A stretch of 53,806 nt of DNA, from the NCBI GenBank assembly GCA_035710105.1, contig DASTDZ010000127.1:1-53806 (forward strand), in the 5' to 3' direction. The notes beneath the pieces are model-generated. The model was not told the origin of the DNA. It made no database searches and saw only the letters and a program-made list of their open reading frames with translations. The translations under genes were made by a program, and so were the position numbers. Shown here piece by piece: positions 41,525-51,680 of this stretch. Numbering within the stretch: the stretch's first letter is position 1; each line of letters opens with the position of its first letter. Source of the stretch: Sphingomicrobium sp. (GTDB lineage: Bacteria; Pseudomonadota; Alphaproteobacteria; Sphingomonadales; Sphingomonadaceae).

Positions 41525-42319
41525 ATGGCGACCTTGGCGCAGCGACCAAACCTTTCGGCAATAGGCGACGAGCGCTTCTTCCTGCGCGCCGCTATCGTCA
41601 TGGCGGCGGTCATCGTCGCCGGCTTTTCGTTTCAGCTGGCGATGGGCAGATCGACCTTTGCGTCGCCCGTTCGCGTCCACGTGCATGCCGTGCTGTTCAT
41701 GGGCTGGGTCGCGATCTACCTGCTTCAGAACGTCCTCGTCGCAATCGGGCGCATCGATCTTCACAGGCGGCTCGGCTGGGTGGCTGCCGCCTGGATGGTG
41801 GCAATGGTCATTTCCGGCCTGCTGGTGACGGTCGTCATGGTGCGCAATGGCACGGTCCCGTTCTTTTTCAGGCCGGTTCAGTTCCTGATTTTCGATCCGG
41901 TGGCGGTGCTCACCTTCGGCGGGCTCACCATCGCAGCGATCCTGTTCCGCCGCCGCACGGAGTGGCACAGGCGCCTCCACTTCTGCGGCATGTCGATGCT
42001 GCTTGCTCCGGCCTTCGGCCGCCTGCTTCCCCTGCCTCTCCTTCAGCCGTGGGCGTGGGAGGCTGCCTTTGCAGCGTCGCTGCTGTTCCCTCTGGTTGGC
42101 GCCTGGGCGGACGTTCGGCGCAGCGGGCGCGTGCACCCCGCCTGGCAGTGGGGAATCGTCGTCATGATCGGCTCCGTCATCCTGACCGAAGCGATCACTT
42201 ACAGCTCGGTCGGAATCGCGATCTACGATGCGGTGACCGCCGGCTGGCCCGGAGCCTCGGTGCCGCCGCTCGACTTCCCTCCACAGCCGGACGGGCCCCT
42301 GATGACCGGTCGCAGCTGA
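41525..42319 (+). CDS. Hypothetical polytopic membrane protein with conserved-looking His residues
   Basis: About 7 TM; HVHAVLF.GW, LHRRLGW, EWHRRL; AAGGGGG RBS. Confidence 0.75.
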   Translation: MATLAQRPNLSAIGDERFFLRAAIVMAAVIVAGFSFQLAMGRSTFASPVRVHVHAVLFMGWVAIYLLQNVLVAIGRIDLHRRLGWVAAAWMVAMVISGLLVTVVMVRNGTVPFFFRPVQFLIFDPVAVLTFGGLTIAAILFRRRTEWHRRLHFCGMSMLLAPAFGRLLPLPLLQPWAWEAAFAASLLFPLVGAWADVRRSGRVHPAWQWGIVVMIGSVILTEAITYSSVGIAIYDAVTAGWPGASVPPLDFPPQPDGPLMTGRS

Positions 42320-42340
42320 GCGACGTCGCCCGCTTCTGCT

Positions 42341-43114
42341 TTAGCTGAGCGCGATCCAGGTCGGCGCATGGTCGGAGGCCTTCTCCTCGCCGCGGGCCCA
42401 GCGGTCGACTCCGGCGCCGGTCAGCCGGTCGGTGGCCTCGGGCGAGCAGAGCAGATGATCGAGCCGGAAGCCCAAGTCGCGCTGCCAGCAGCCGGCGGTG
42501 TAATCCCAGAATGTGTAAAGTTTGGGCTCGTCCGGGTGGAAGGCGCGGAGCGAATCCATCCAGCCCTGGTGGAGGATTCGCCGCCACGCCTCGCGCGCCT
42601 CAGGCTGCATCACCGCATCGTGTTGGGTCGCCCGTACGGAAAAGACGTCGCGGTCCTCGGGGACGACGTTCCAGTCGCCGGCCAGCACCGCTGGGCGCTC
42701 TTCAGCCAGCAGCTCGGCGGCATGGGCGCCCAAGCGCTCCATCCATTTGAGCTTGTAATCGAACTTCTCGGTCCCGACCGGATTGCCGTTGGGAAGGTAG
42801 AGCGAGGCGACGACCAGGCCACCGACTTCGGCCTCGATATAGCGGCTATGGCTGTCGTCGGGGTCGCCGGGAAGGCCCGTGCGTCGCAGTTTCGGCGCGT
42901 CGCCGCGGGCGAGGATCGCGACCCCGTTGAAGCCCTTCTGCCCGTGCCAGACGGCGCCATAGCCGGCCGCCTCGATATCGGCGATCGGAAGCGACTCGTC
43001 GGCGCATTTGAGTTCCTGCAGGCAGACGATGTCGGGCTTCTCGCGCTCGAGCCATTCGAGCAGGCGCGGCAGGCGCGCGCGAATGCCGTTGAGGTTGTAG
43101 GAAGCGAGCTTCAC
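42341..43114 (-). CDS. xth: Exodeoxyribonuclease III
   Basis: SYNLNGIRAR, CLQELK, GQKGFNGVA, YLPNGNP, GDWN, RLDHLL, SDHAP. Confidence 0.95.
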   Translation of the reverse strand: MKLASYNLNGIRARLPRLLEWLEREKPDIVCLQELKCADESLPIADIEAAGYGAVWHGQKGFNGVAILARGDAPKLRRTGLPGDPDDSHSRYIEAEVGGLVVASLYLPNGNPVGTEKFDYKLKWMERLGAHAAELLAEERPAVLAGDWNVVPEDRDVFSVRATQHDAVMQPEAREAWRRILHQGWMDSLRAFHPDEPKLYTFWDYTAGCWQRDLGFRLDHLLCSPEATDRLTGAGVDRWARGEEKASDHAPTWIALS

Positions 43115-43443
43115 ACGCTGAAGGAAGACCCGCAGCCGCAGCCGGACTGGGCGTTGGGGTTGGTGACCCGGAAGGCGGCGCCGCCAAGCTCCTCGACGAA
43201 ATCGACTGCCGAGCCCTTGACCAGCTCGAGGCTTGCCGGATCGACGACCAGCCGGACTCCGCCGGTCTCTGCGACCGCGTCATCGGCCTCGGGCGCGTCG
43301 GCGAGCTCGAAGCTGTAGGTAAAGCCGGCGCAGCCGCCGCCGTCGACCGCAAGCCGGAGGATTGCCGGCTTGCGCTTGCGCGCGGCGATCGCCGCCACGC
43401 GGCGCGCGGCATTCTCGGTCAGGCTGATTTCAGGCTCGCTCAC
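43111..43443 (-). CDS. erpA: Iron-sulfur cluster A-type carrier (HesB/IscA/ErpA)
   Basis: GGGCAGFTY and NPNAQSGCGCGSSF. Confidence 0.9.
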   Translation of the reverse strand: MSEPEISLTENAARRVAAIAARKRKPAILRLAVDGGGCAGFTYSFELADAPEADDAVAETGGVRLVVDPASLELVKGSAVDFVEELGGAAFRVTNPNAQSGCGCGSSFSV

Positions 43444-43489
43444 GAAGGGCGAGATAGGGAGGGACTAGGGGAGCGGCAAGCTTTGACGA

Positions 43490-44422
43490 TCAGTTGGCGC
43501 CGGGGCCGCCAAGCGCCACCGCGTCCATCGACGGGGCGTTGCCGGCCTTCTTCATCGCGACCAGATAGTCGGTCGAGCGCATGAACGGGATCGGGTTGAC
43601 CGGGCGGTCGTCGATCCGGACCTCGTAGTGGAGGTGAGAGCCCGTCGAGCGGCCGGTCGAACCCATGCGGCCGATCACCTGGCCGCGGGTTACTCGGGTG
43701 CCCGGCTGCACCGCCATCGAGGACAGGTGGCCATAGCGGGTGACGATCCCGCGGCCGTGGTCGATCTCGACCAGGTTGCCGTAGCCGCCGCTGTTCCAGC
43801 CGGAGCGGGTGACGACCCCGTCGGCGGTCGCATAGATCGGGGTTCCAGAAGGCCCTGCGAGGTCGATTCCGGCGTGCATCGCGGCGCCGCGCCGGAACGG
43901 GTCGGTGCGGACGCCGAACGCGCTCGTGAACTCGGCGGTCTTTACCGGCTTGTCGGAGGGAATTGCGATCGCCCCGCCGGCGAGCGTGTCGAGCTTCTTC
44001 CAGCTGGTGAACAATTGCTTGAAGGTCGGGTCGCCCTTGGCCGCGTCGAACGGGCCGCCGACGCCGCCGCCGGCCGCCGGATAGAAGCCCATGCGCTTCA
44101 GGGCCTCGGGATCGATGTCGTCCTTGAGCGCCGCGGCCAGCGCGAGCTGACGCTGCTCGACCAGCTGCACCCGCCGCTCGGTTTCCGCCGCAAGCTGGGC
44201 GATGTCGGCCGAATAGCTGGTCGCCGAAGGCGCGACGGAGTCGCGCGCAGTCAGCATCTTCGCGGCAGAAAAACCGGACCAGCCGACAAGGACGAGCGAC
44301 AAGAAGAAGAAAAGGGCCTGGAGGGGAGCGGAAACCCGGAAGCGGCGAAGGCGCCGGCCGTCGTGGATGAAAAATTCGCGATCGCTGAAGACCGTTCTCG
44401 GAAGTGCCAGCAGCTGCGCCAT
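43490..44422 (-). CDS. M23 family metallo-endopeptidase
   Basis: MHAGIDLA, TRYGHL, GSTGRSTGSHLHYEV; N-terminal TM; GGGAC RBS. Confidence 0.9.
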   Translation of the reverse strand: MAQLLALPRTVFSDREFFIHDGRRLRRFRVSAPLQALFFFLSLVLVGWSGFSAAKMLTARDSVAPSATSYSADIAQLAAETERRVQLVEQRQLALAAALKDDIDPEALKRMGFYPAAGGGVGGPFDAAKGDPTFKQLFTSWKKLDTLAGGAIAIPSDKPVKTAEFTSAFGVRTDPFRRGAAMHAGIDLAGPSGTPIYATADGVVTRSGWNSGGYGNLVEIDHGRGIVTRYGHLSSMAVQPGTRVTRGQVIGRMGSTGRSTGSHLHYEVRIDDRPVNPIPFMRSTDYLVAMKKAGNAPSMDAVALGGPGAN

Positions 44423-44736
44423 GTGTGTCCCGCTCCAAAAACCGTCCCGGCGCGCGCGGTCGGAAACCGGCGCGATAGGTGAATCTCGATGTGAAGGAGC
44501 TCCCCAGCCCCAACGGCAACAGGCGGAAAAAGCCCCCCGCTCGTGCCGGGGCCGAAACTCACCCCTCTTGGTTAACAAATTCAACCGCCAAGGGCGGCGC
44601 GCGGGACGAACCGTCCGTCTGCTGCGGTGAGCCGTTGCGATTCGCTGCAGAGTTCGGCCGTCGAGCGGAACTTTCCGCAAGCGGCAGCGAATCGGCGAAT
44701 CTTTCACGCCCACGCCCCTTGCGAACGCGCTGGCGG

Positions 44737-44781
44737 GCATTACAGCGGCAAGCGGGCCACGCCGTCCCAACGCGGCGCGTG
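44737..44781 (+). ncRNA. Candidate serC leader cis-regulatory RNA
   Basis: Hairpin CACGCCG-tcccaacg-CGGCG(CG)TG immediately before the AAGGAGA RBS of serC; a serC leader motif is known in alphaproteobacteria, but the match was not verified. Confidence 0.35.
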
Positions 44782-44802
44782 CTCTCTGCAAGGAGAGTTT
44801 CA

Positions 44803-45936
44803 GTGTTGAGCAAACCCGCGGCCTGTCCCGCGAACCCCAGCTTTTCCTCCGGACCCTGCCCGAAGCCGCCCGGCTGGTCGCTCGGCAGCATCGACGCACG
44901 CAGCCTCGGCCGGTCGCACCGCTCCACGCTCGGCAAGGCGCGGCTGGCGCAGGCGATCGAGCGCACCCGTGCGCTTCTCCAGCTGCCGGCCGACTACCGG
45001 CTCGGGATCGTTCCCGCGTCTGACACCGGCGCGATGGAGATGGCGATTTGGTCGCTGCTCGGCCCGAGGCCGGTGACGATGCTGGCCTGGGAGAGTTTCG
45101 GCGCCGGCTGGGTCACCGATGTCGCCAGGCAGCTGCAGCTCGACGCCGAGGTCCGCACCGCGCCCTACGGCCAAATCTGCGACCTGGGCAGGATCGACCC
45201 GCGAAGCGACATCGTCTTCACCTGGAACGGGACCACCAGCGGCGTGCGCGTTGCCGATGCCGGATGGATCGCAGCCGATCGCGGCGGGCTTGTCATTTGC
45301 GACGCGACCTCGGCGGCCTTCGCCCAGGACATCGACTGGGCGAAGATCGATGTCGGCACCTTCAGCTGGCAGAAGGCGCTGGGCGGCGAGGCGGCGCACG
45401 GGATGCTGGTGCTCAGCCCGCGAGCGGTCGAGCGGCTGGAGAGGGAGCCGCAGCCGCGTCCGCTGCCGAAGATCTTCCGGCTCACGAAGAACGGGAAGCT
45501 GATCGAGGGCATCTTCAGGGGCGAGACGATCAACACACCCTCGATGCTGTGCGTCGAGGACTGGCTGGCGGCGCTCGACTGGGCGGAAGGCGCCGGCGGC
45601 CTGGCGGCGCTGATCGCGCGCGCCGACGCCAATGCCACGGCGCTCGACGCCTGGGTTCGGAAGGCCGGCTGGATCGAGCATCTCGCCGCCGAACCGGCGA
45701 TTCGATCCAACACGTCGGTTTGCCTGCAGTTCGCGGACCGCGCCGACCAGGAGGCCAACAAGGCGAGACAGAACGCGCTTGTCCGGCTGCTCGAGGAAGA
45801 GGGAGCGGCCTATGACGTCGGCGCCTATCGCGACGCGCCGCCGGGTCTTCGAATCTGGTGCGGGGCGACGGTCGAGGCCGCCGATATCAAGGCGCTCGGG
45901 CCCTGGCTCGACTGGGCCTGGGAGCAGGTGCAATGA
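44803..45936 (+). CDS. serC: Phosphoserine aminotransferase (Methanosarcina-type)
   Basis: FSSGPCPKPPGW, LGRSHRS, NGTTSG, DATSA, FSWQK, INTPSM; AAGGAGA RBS. Confidence 0.95.
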   Translation: MLSKPAACPANPSFSSGPCPKPPGWSLGSIDARSLGRSHRSTLGKARLAQAIERTRALLQLPADYRLGIVPASDTGAMEMAIWSLLGPRPVTMLAWESFGAGWVTDVARQLQLDAEVRTAPYGQICDLGRIDPRSDIVFTWNGTTSGVRVADAGWIAADRGGLVICDATSAAFAQDIDWAKIDVGTFSWQKALGGEAAHGMLVLSPRAVERLEREPQPRPLPKIFRLTKNGKLIEGIFRGETINTPSMLCVEDWLAALDWAEGAGGLAALIARADANATALDAWVRKAGWIEHLAAEPAIRSNTSVCLQFADRADQEANKARQNALVRLLEEEGAAYDVGAYRDAPPGLRIWCGATVEAADIKALGPWLDWAWEQVQ

Positions 45937-47516
45937 CCGTCAAAGTCCTCATCGCCGACAAGATGGACCCGAAGGCCGCCGCGATCTTCCGCGAGCGCGC
46001 GATCGAGGTCGACGAGAAGCCCGGCCTGTCGCCCGACGCGCTCAAGGCCGTCATCGGCGGCTATGACGGGCTCGCCGTGAGAAGCTCGACGCGGGTGACC
46101 GCGGCGGTCATGGATTGCGGCCTGCCGCGGCTCAAGGTCATCGGCCGCGCCGGGATCGGAGTCGACACGATCGACGTCCCGGCCGCCTCGGCGCGCGGAA
46201 TCGTCGTCATGAACACGCCGTTCGGCAATTCGATCACCACTGCCGAGCATGCGATCGCCATGCTGTTCGCGCTCGCCCGCGAAATCCCCCAGGCCGACCA
46301 GTCGACCCAGGCCGGCAAGTGGGAGAAGAGTCGGTTCATCGGTGTCGAGCTCGCAGGCAAGACGCTCGGTCTGATCGGCTGCGGCAATATCGGCTCGATC
46401 GTCGCCGATCGCGCCCACGGGCTGAAGATGAAGGTCGCCGCCTACGACCCGTTCCTGAGCCCGGAGCGGGCGCTCGAACTCGGGGTCGACAAGGTCGAGC
46501 TCGACGAGCTTTTGGCGCGCGCCGACTTCATCACTTTGCACACGCCGCTGATCGACCAGACCCGCGGAATCCTGTCGCGCGAGGCGCTGGCAAAGGCGAA
46601 GACGGGCGTGCGGATCGTCAATTGCGCGCGCGGCGGCCTGATCGACGAAGCGGCGCTGAAGGACGCGCTGGAAAGCGGCCATGTCGCCGGTGCGGCGCTC
46701 GACGTCTTTTCCGAGGAGCCGGCCAAGAACAATCCGTTGTTCGGCACGCGCGGGCTCATCTGCACGCCGCACCTTGGCGCCTCGACCACCGAAGCGCAGG
46801 TCAATGTCGCGATCCAGATCGCCGAGCAGATGGCCGATTATCTGCTGCTCGGCGGTATCACCAACGCGGTCAACGTGCCCTCGCTGTCGGCGGAAGAGGC
46901 GCCGCGCCTGAGGCCCTACATGGCGCTCGCCGAGAAGCTCGGCCGGCTGGTCGGCCAGATCGCCGGAGCCGAGATCCGCGGCATCGACGTCGAGGTCGAG
47001 GGCGCCGCCGCCGAGCTCAACATCAAGCCGGTGACCGGCGCGGTGCTCGCCGGTGTGATGAGCAATTGGTCGGACACTGTGAACATGGTCAACGCGCCCT
47101 ATCTGGCCAGGGAGCGCGGGCTCGACGTGCGCGAAATTCGCTCAGCGCAGGAAGGCGATTATCACACGCTCGTCGCGGTCACGACCGCCACCGCCGACGG
47201 CGCCAAGCGGGTCGAGGGGACATTGTTCGGGAACCGCGCGCCGCGGCTGGTGCAGATCTTCGGGATCCCGGTCGAGGCCGAGCTTGCCGGCCAGATGATC
47301 TACATCGTCAACACCGACGCGCCGGGATTTATCGGCGCGCTTGGGACGACCCTGGGCAAGCATGGAGTCAATATCGCCACCTTCAACCTCGGCCGCCGCG
47401 AGGAGGGGGGCGAGGCGGTCGCTCTGGTCGCGGTCGACGACCCGATCACGCCCGAGATTGCCGGCGAGCTCCGCGGCCTGCCTGGGGTCCGCGAGGTGGT
47501 GCCGCTGAGCTTTTGA
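45933..47516 (+). CDS. serA: D-3-phosphoglycerate dehydrogenase
   Basis: GRAGIGVD, NTPFGN, IGCGNIG, NCARGG, TPHLGAST, C-terminal ACT domain. Confidence 0.97.
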   Translation: MTVKVLIADKMDPKAAAIFRERAIEVDEKPGLSPDALKAVIGGYDGLAVRSSTRVTAAVMDCGLPRLKVIGRAGIGVDTIDVPAASARGIVVMNTPFGNSITTAEHAIAMLFALAREIPQADQSTQAGKWEKSRFIGVELAGKTLGLIGCGNIGSIVADRAHGLKMKVAAYDPFLSPERALELGVDKVELDELLARADFITLHTPLIDQTRGILSREALAKAKTGVRIVNCARGGLIDEAALKDALESGHVAGAALDVFSEEPAKNNPLFGTRGLICTPHLGASTTEAQVNVAIQIAEQMADYLLLGGITNAVNVPSLSAEEAPRLRPYMALAEKLGRLVGQIAGAEIRGIDVEVEGAAAELNIKPVTGAVLAGVMSNWSDTVNMVNAPYLARERGLDVREIRSAQEGDYHTLVAVTTATADGAKRVEGTLFGNRAPRLVQIFGIPVEAELAGQMIYIVNTDAPGFIGALGTTLGKHGVNIATFNLGRREEGGEAVALVAVDDPITPEIAGELRGLPGVREVVPLSF

Positions 47517-47569
47517 CGCGGGGCCCTCGCTCTCCTAGAGCCGCCGCCGGTCTCTAAGGGGTAACCGAA

Positions 47570-48859
47570 TTGGCTAACGTCACCGTCATCGGCGCCCAGT
47601 GGGGCGACGAAGGCAAGGGCAAGATCGTCGACTGGCTGGCAAGCCGCGCCGACATGGTCGTCCGCTTCCAGGGGGGCCACAACGCCGGCCACACGCTGGT
47701 CGTCGAGGGCGAGACCTACAAATTGTCGCTGCTTCCGAGCGGGATCGTCACCGGAACGCCGTCGGTGATCGGCAATGGCGTGGTGCTCGACCCCTGGGCG
47801 CTCAAGGACGAGGTCGAGCGAATCCGCGCCCAGGGGGTGAAGGTCACGCCCGAGCTGCTGATGGTCGCCGACACCTGCCCGCTGATCCTGCCGATCCACC
47901 GCGACCTCGACGGGCTTCGTGAGGACGCCAGCGGCGCCGGCAAGATCGGCACGACCCGGCGCGGGATCGGTCCCGCTTACGAGGACAAGGTCGGCCGCCG
48001 CGCCATTCGGGTCTGCGACCTCGCGCACCTCGACGGGCTCGAGCCGATGCTCGACCGGCTGTGCGCCCACCATGACGCGCTTCGGGCCGGCTTCGGCGAG
48101 CCGCCGGTCGACCGCGAGCGGCTGCGCGAGGACCTCGCCGAGATCGCCGGCTTCGTGCTTCCCTTCGCCCGGCCCGTGTGGCGCGACCTCGACAGGGCGG
48201 CGCGCAACGGCAAGCGGATCCTGTTCGAGGGCGCGCAGGGCGTGCTGCTCGACGTCGACCACGGCACCTATCCGTTCGTCACCTCGTCGAACACGGTCGC
48301 GGGCACGATCGCGTCCGGAAGTGGGGTCGGGCCGCACGCCGCCGGCTTCGTTCTCGGAATCACCAAGGCCTATACGACCCGGGTGGGCTCCGGCCCCTTC
48401 CCGACCGAGCAGGACAATGCGGTCGGCCAGGAGCTCGGCAGCCGCGGCCGAGAGTTCGGCACGGTCACGGGGCGGCAGCGCCGCTGCGGCTGGTTCGATG
48501 CCGTACTGGTCCGCCAAGCGGTCGCCGTCGGCGGAATCAGCGGCATCGCGCTGACCAAGCTCGACGTCCTCGACACGCTCGAGACGGTGAAGGTCTGCAC
48601 CGCCTACAAGCTCGACGGAAAGAAGCTCGATTATTTGCCGCCGCACCCGGCCGACCAGGCGCGGGTCGAGCCGGTCTACGAGGAGATCAAGGGCTGGCAG
48701 GCCTCGACCGAGGGCGCGCGCAGCTGGGCCGACCTGCCCGCGCGGGCGATCAAATATGTGCGCCGGATCGAGGAGCTCATCCGCTGCCCGGTGGCGCTGG
48801 TCTCGACCAGCCCCGAGCGCGACGACACGATTTTGGTGCGCGACCCATTCGCGGGCTAG
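47570..48859 (+). CDS. purA: Adenylosuccinate synthetase
   Basis: [43 protein letters not shown]. Confidence 0.98.
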   Translation: MANVTVIGAQWGDEGKGKIVDWLASRADMVVRFQGGHNAGHTLVVEGETYKLSLLPSGIVTGTPSVIGNGVVLDPWALKDEVERIRAQGVKVTPELLMVADTCPLILPIHRDLDGLREDASGAGKIGTTRRGIGPAYEDKVGRRAIRVCDLAHLDGLEPMLDRLCAHHDALRAGFGEPPVDRERLREDLAEIAGFVLPFARPVWRDLDRAARNGKRILFEGAQGVLLDVDHGTYPFVTSSNTVAGTIASGSGVGPHAAGFVLGITKAYTTRVGSGPFPTEQDNAVGQELGSRGREFGTVTGRQRRCGWFDAVLVRQAVAVGGISGIALTKLDVLDTLETVKVCTAYKLDGKKLDYLPPHPADQARVEPVYEEIKGWQASTEGARSWADLPARAIKYVRRIEELIRCPVALVSTSPERDDTILVRDPFAG

Positions 48860-49131
48860 TGCCGCACCTCGAAGCCCTCGAAGTCGCAGCAATCCACGTC
48901 CCAGGTCCGCAGGTCCTCGACCTTCGCCGCCGGCGGCCCGTCACGCATCCGCTCGACCAGATCGGCAACCGCCGCCTCCTCGCCCTCGACATGCGCCTCG
49001 ACTCGCCCGTCCGGGCAGTTGCGGACCCAGCCCTTCACTCCAAGCGCTTGCGCCTGCTGCTGCAGCCAGGACCGGTAGAAGACGCCCTGTACGCGCCCGG
49101 TAAGACGGACGTGACGGGCGATCTCAGCCAT
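48856..49131 (-). CDS. acyP: Acylphosphatase
   Basis: [20 protein letters not shown]. Confidence 0.93.
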   Translation of the reverse strand: MAEIARHVRLTGRVQGVFYRSWLQQQAQALGVKGWVRNCPDGRVEAHVEGEEAAVADLVERMRDGPPAAKVEDLRTWDVDCCDFEGFEVRH

Positions 49132-49879
49132 GAACCGAGGCGAGCGCTTCGCTCGCCCACTCCTCGAGCTGCTTCATCAGCGCGCGGTGCGGGAAGGGCC
49201 CGTAGCTGATCCGCGCGACGCCCGCCTCCGCCCAGTCTCGGTTTGGCGGAGCGCCGGGGAAGGCGATGAGGTTCAGCGGCAGCGGCACGTCGCGGACGAC
49301 CCGCTCGACCTGGCGCGCGTCGGCCAGGCGCGGGACGAAGAAGCCGCTGGCGCCTGCATCGGCGAAGGCCTTGCCGCGTTCGATCACCGAATCGACGAGC
49401 GAATCGTCCTGGTCCTTGGTCTTGAGGAACAGGTCGGTGCGGGCGTTGATGAAGAAGTCCGCGCCGACCGCGGCGCGGATCGCCGCGATCCGGCGGCACT
49501 GGAGGTCGAGCGGGTGAATGCCATCGCCGCCGACGACCTGGTCTTCGAAATTGCAGCCGACCGCGCCGGTCGCCTTGAGCCGGGCGACGTTGGCACCCGC
49601 CTCTTCGGGGTCGATCGCATAGGCGCCTTCGAAGTCGATCGTCACCGGCAGGTCGACCGCCTCGACCACGCGCCGCGCGTTGTCGAGGACGAAATCGAGC
49701 GGCACCCGCTGCCCGTCGCCGAAGCCCGACGCATCGCCGACCGGGTGGCTGCCGGTGGCTATCGCCTTTGCCCCGGCCGCTGCTACGGCCAGGGCGCTGC
49801 CCGCGTCCCAGACATTGTAGAGGATGACAGGGTCGCCCGGGACGTGGAGCGCCGCGAAGGTCTCGAACTTGCCCATCAT
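49124..49879 (-). CDS. Isocitrate lyase/PEP mutase family protein
   Basis: NVWDAGSA, DFEGAY, GCNFEDQ, FINARTD, AGASGFFVP. Confidence 0.88.
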   Translation of the reverse strand: MMGKFETFAALHVPGDPVILYNVWDAGSALAVAAAGAKAIATGSHPVGDASGFGDGQRVPLDFVLDNARRVVEAVDLPVTIDFEGAYAIDPEEAGANVARLKATGAVGCNFEDQVVGGDGIHPLDLQCRRIAAIRAAVGADFFINARTDLFLKTKDQDDSLVDSVIERGKAFADAGASGFFVPRLADARQVERVVRDVPLPLNLIAFPGAPPNRDWAEAGVARISYGPFPHRALMKQLEEWASEALASVHG

Positions 49880-51552
49880 CAGATTCGGTCGGGGTAGATC
49901 GGCCGAATGTCGACCGGAATGTGGGTCATGGAGGCGATCACCTTTTCAGCTTCGGGGTCGAGCTTCGCCCATTTGCCGAGGAACGCCTTGACCCCCTCAT
50001 AATCGCCATTGCCCTGGAGGCGAACGATGTCGGCGACGAGGTCGCGGATGGCGCCGTCGATCTTCGCGCTATCGACCCGGAATCGCTGCGCCCGCTCATC
50101 CCACAGCAGCGCGCCCTTGGCGCGAAGGTAGCGGTATTGCATCGCCGCGCCCTGGCCGTGGGCCTCGCCGATCCCGAAGCGCATCGCCCGGAACAGGCCG
50201 ACGACATAGGTGGCGCGGATCTGGTCGCGCTCGGCATTGGGAAGGATTCCGCGGTCCATCATGTAGAGGATGTTCCAGGCGCCCATGACGTCGGCCTTGG
50301 CCTCCTCAAAGCCGGAGCCGAGCTCCTTCAGCTCCTTGTCGACACTTGTCTTGCGGCCGCCAACGACGATCGACCCCGGCCCGAGGCTGTGGCTGAGCTC
50401 GTGGAACAAAGTCTCATTGAACATATAGGCCTTGGTGACGTCGCCGGCCTGGTCAGGGACCAGCACCAGCTCGGCCATGGGCTTCAGGATCATCTCGTAC
50501 TTGGCGCCGAGGACGTTCTGCAGAATGACCTTCTTGGCGCCCTTGGCCTCGCGCACCTTCTCGTCGTTGGGAAGGTTGAAGGCGATGGTCTGCACGCCCG
50601 GCACGTTGTCGCCGCCGCCGTGGACCTGGTCGACGACCGAGATCGGCGATTCGAACCCGCGCTGGAAATTCTTGTACTTTTCCTCGACCGGGAGGTTCGC
50701 CTCCATGTCGCGAAGGAGCGCCTTGTACTTGTCGAGCTTGGCCGATTCTTCCGGGTTGCGGAGCGTGACGAAGGCCTCGAACGCGGTCTTCCGGCCATAC
50801 AGGCCGTCGGTATAGGTTTCGTAGGGGGCGATCGCGATCTCGATCGGCGTGTCCTTCAAGTCCATCCAGGCGAGCTCGGATTCGAAATAGTCGTCGGTGC
50901 GAAAGGCCTTGGCCCTGAGCGTCAGGAATGTCTTGAGGCTCGGATTGCTCGTCCTGGCCGCTGCCTGCTCGAGCAGCCTGGCCGCGGGCTCCAGCCATTG
51001 CCTGTATTCCTGGCTGTAGGGCACCGCGACCAGCTTGTCCCCCTGGCGCTTGACGACTGTGTAAGGGCTGGTCAGCGCGTCCGCCTCGCCGGGGTTGGCG
51101 GCGAGATACTTGTCGAACTCTTCCTTGGTGAGGTCGGCCGGGTAGAAGCCCGCGCCGGGCGGCTTGGGCTGATTGCCGAAGAAAGGCTTGTCATCGTCGA
51201 TCGGGTCCCACGGTCCGAAGAAGGCGTCGAACCTGGCGAGCAGCGCGGGATCGTTTTTCGCCGCGACCTCGGCGCGCAGCCGGTCATAATCGGGGGTCGT
51301 CTGCCGCCTGTAGATTTCGCTCATCAGGTTCGCGGCCTGGTTGAGCAAATTGACGACCTCGCGCTCCTCGGCGCTGAGGTAGGCCGTGTCGACGTCCATG
51401 CGGACTTCGGCGAGCTTGGCGAGGCCATTGGCCTCGGCGCCCTCGGCGGCTGCGTTGACGGCGGCGCCGTCATTGTTGGTGGTCGCAACGCCGCATGCGG
51501 CGAGCGCGAGGGCGAGTGCGGAGGCGGCTCCAAGCCAGCGGATCTGTGTCAT
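49879..51552 (-). CDS. Peptidase M49 (dipeptidyl-peptidase III-like) lipoprotein
   Basis: LAAC lipobox; GAGFYP.D, IAFNLPND, FHELSHSLG, EEAKAD. Confidence 0.85.
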   Translation of the reverse strand: MTQIRWLGAASALALALAACGVATTNNDGAAVNAAAEGAEANGLAKLAEVRMDVDTAYLSAEEREVVNLLNQAANLMSEIYRRQTTPDYDRLRAEVAAKNDPALLARFDAFFGPWDPIDDDKPFFGNQPKPPGAGFYPADLTKEEFDKYLAANPGEADALTSPYTVVKRQGDKLVAVPYSQEYRQWLEPAARLLEQAAARTSNPSLKTFLTLRAKAFRTDDYFESELAWMDLKDTPIEIAIAPYETYTDGLYGRKTAFEAFVTLRNPEESAKLDKYKALLRDMEANLPVEEKYKNFQRGFESPISVVDQVHGGGDNVPGVQTIAFNLPNDEKVREAKGAKKVILQNVLGAKYEMILKPMAELVLVPDQAGDVTKAYMFNETLFHELSHSLGPGSIVVGGRKTSVDKELKELGSGFEEAKADVMGAWNILYMMDRGILPNAERDQIRATYVVGLFRAMRFGIGEAHGQGAAMQYRYLRAKGALLWDERAQRFRVDSAKIDGAIRDLVADIVRLQGNGDYEGVKAFLGKWAKLDPEAEKVIASMTHIPVDIRPIYPDRI

Positions 51553-51597
51553 GGGGCAGGCAATTAGCAGTGGCGAAGCGTCCGCGCCAACCGCACG

Positions 51598-51629
51598 AAA
51601 AAGGGCGCCCAGCCAAAGCCGGGCGCCCC
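51598..51629 (-). terminator. Rho-independent terminator of 51681..51947
   Basis: Minus strand GGGCGCCCGGC-TTTG-GCTGGGCGCCC followed by TTTTT. Confidence 0.8.
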
Positions 51630-51680
51630 TGGCGCCGGAGCCGCTTGCGTGCGAGCGGACCCGGCGATCCCGGTCAGGTC

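Noticed and set aside
44570-44586. Possible CtrA site upstream of the M23 peptidase (GGTTAACAAATTCAACC)
   Set aside because: Only a half-site; spacing does not fit TTAA-N7-TTAA
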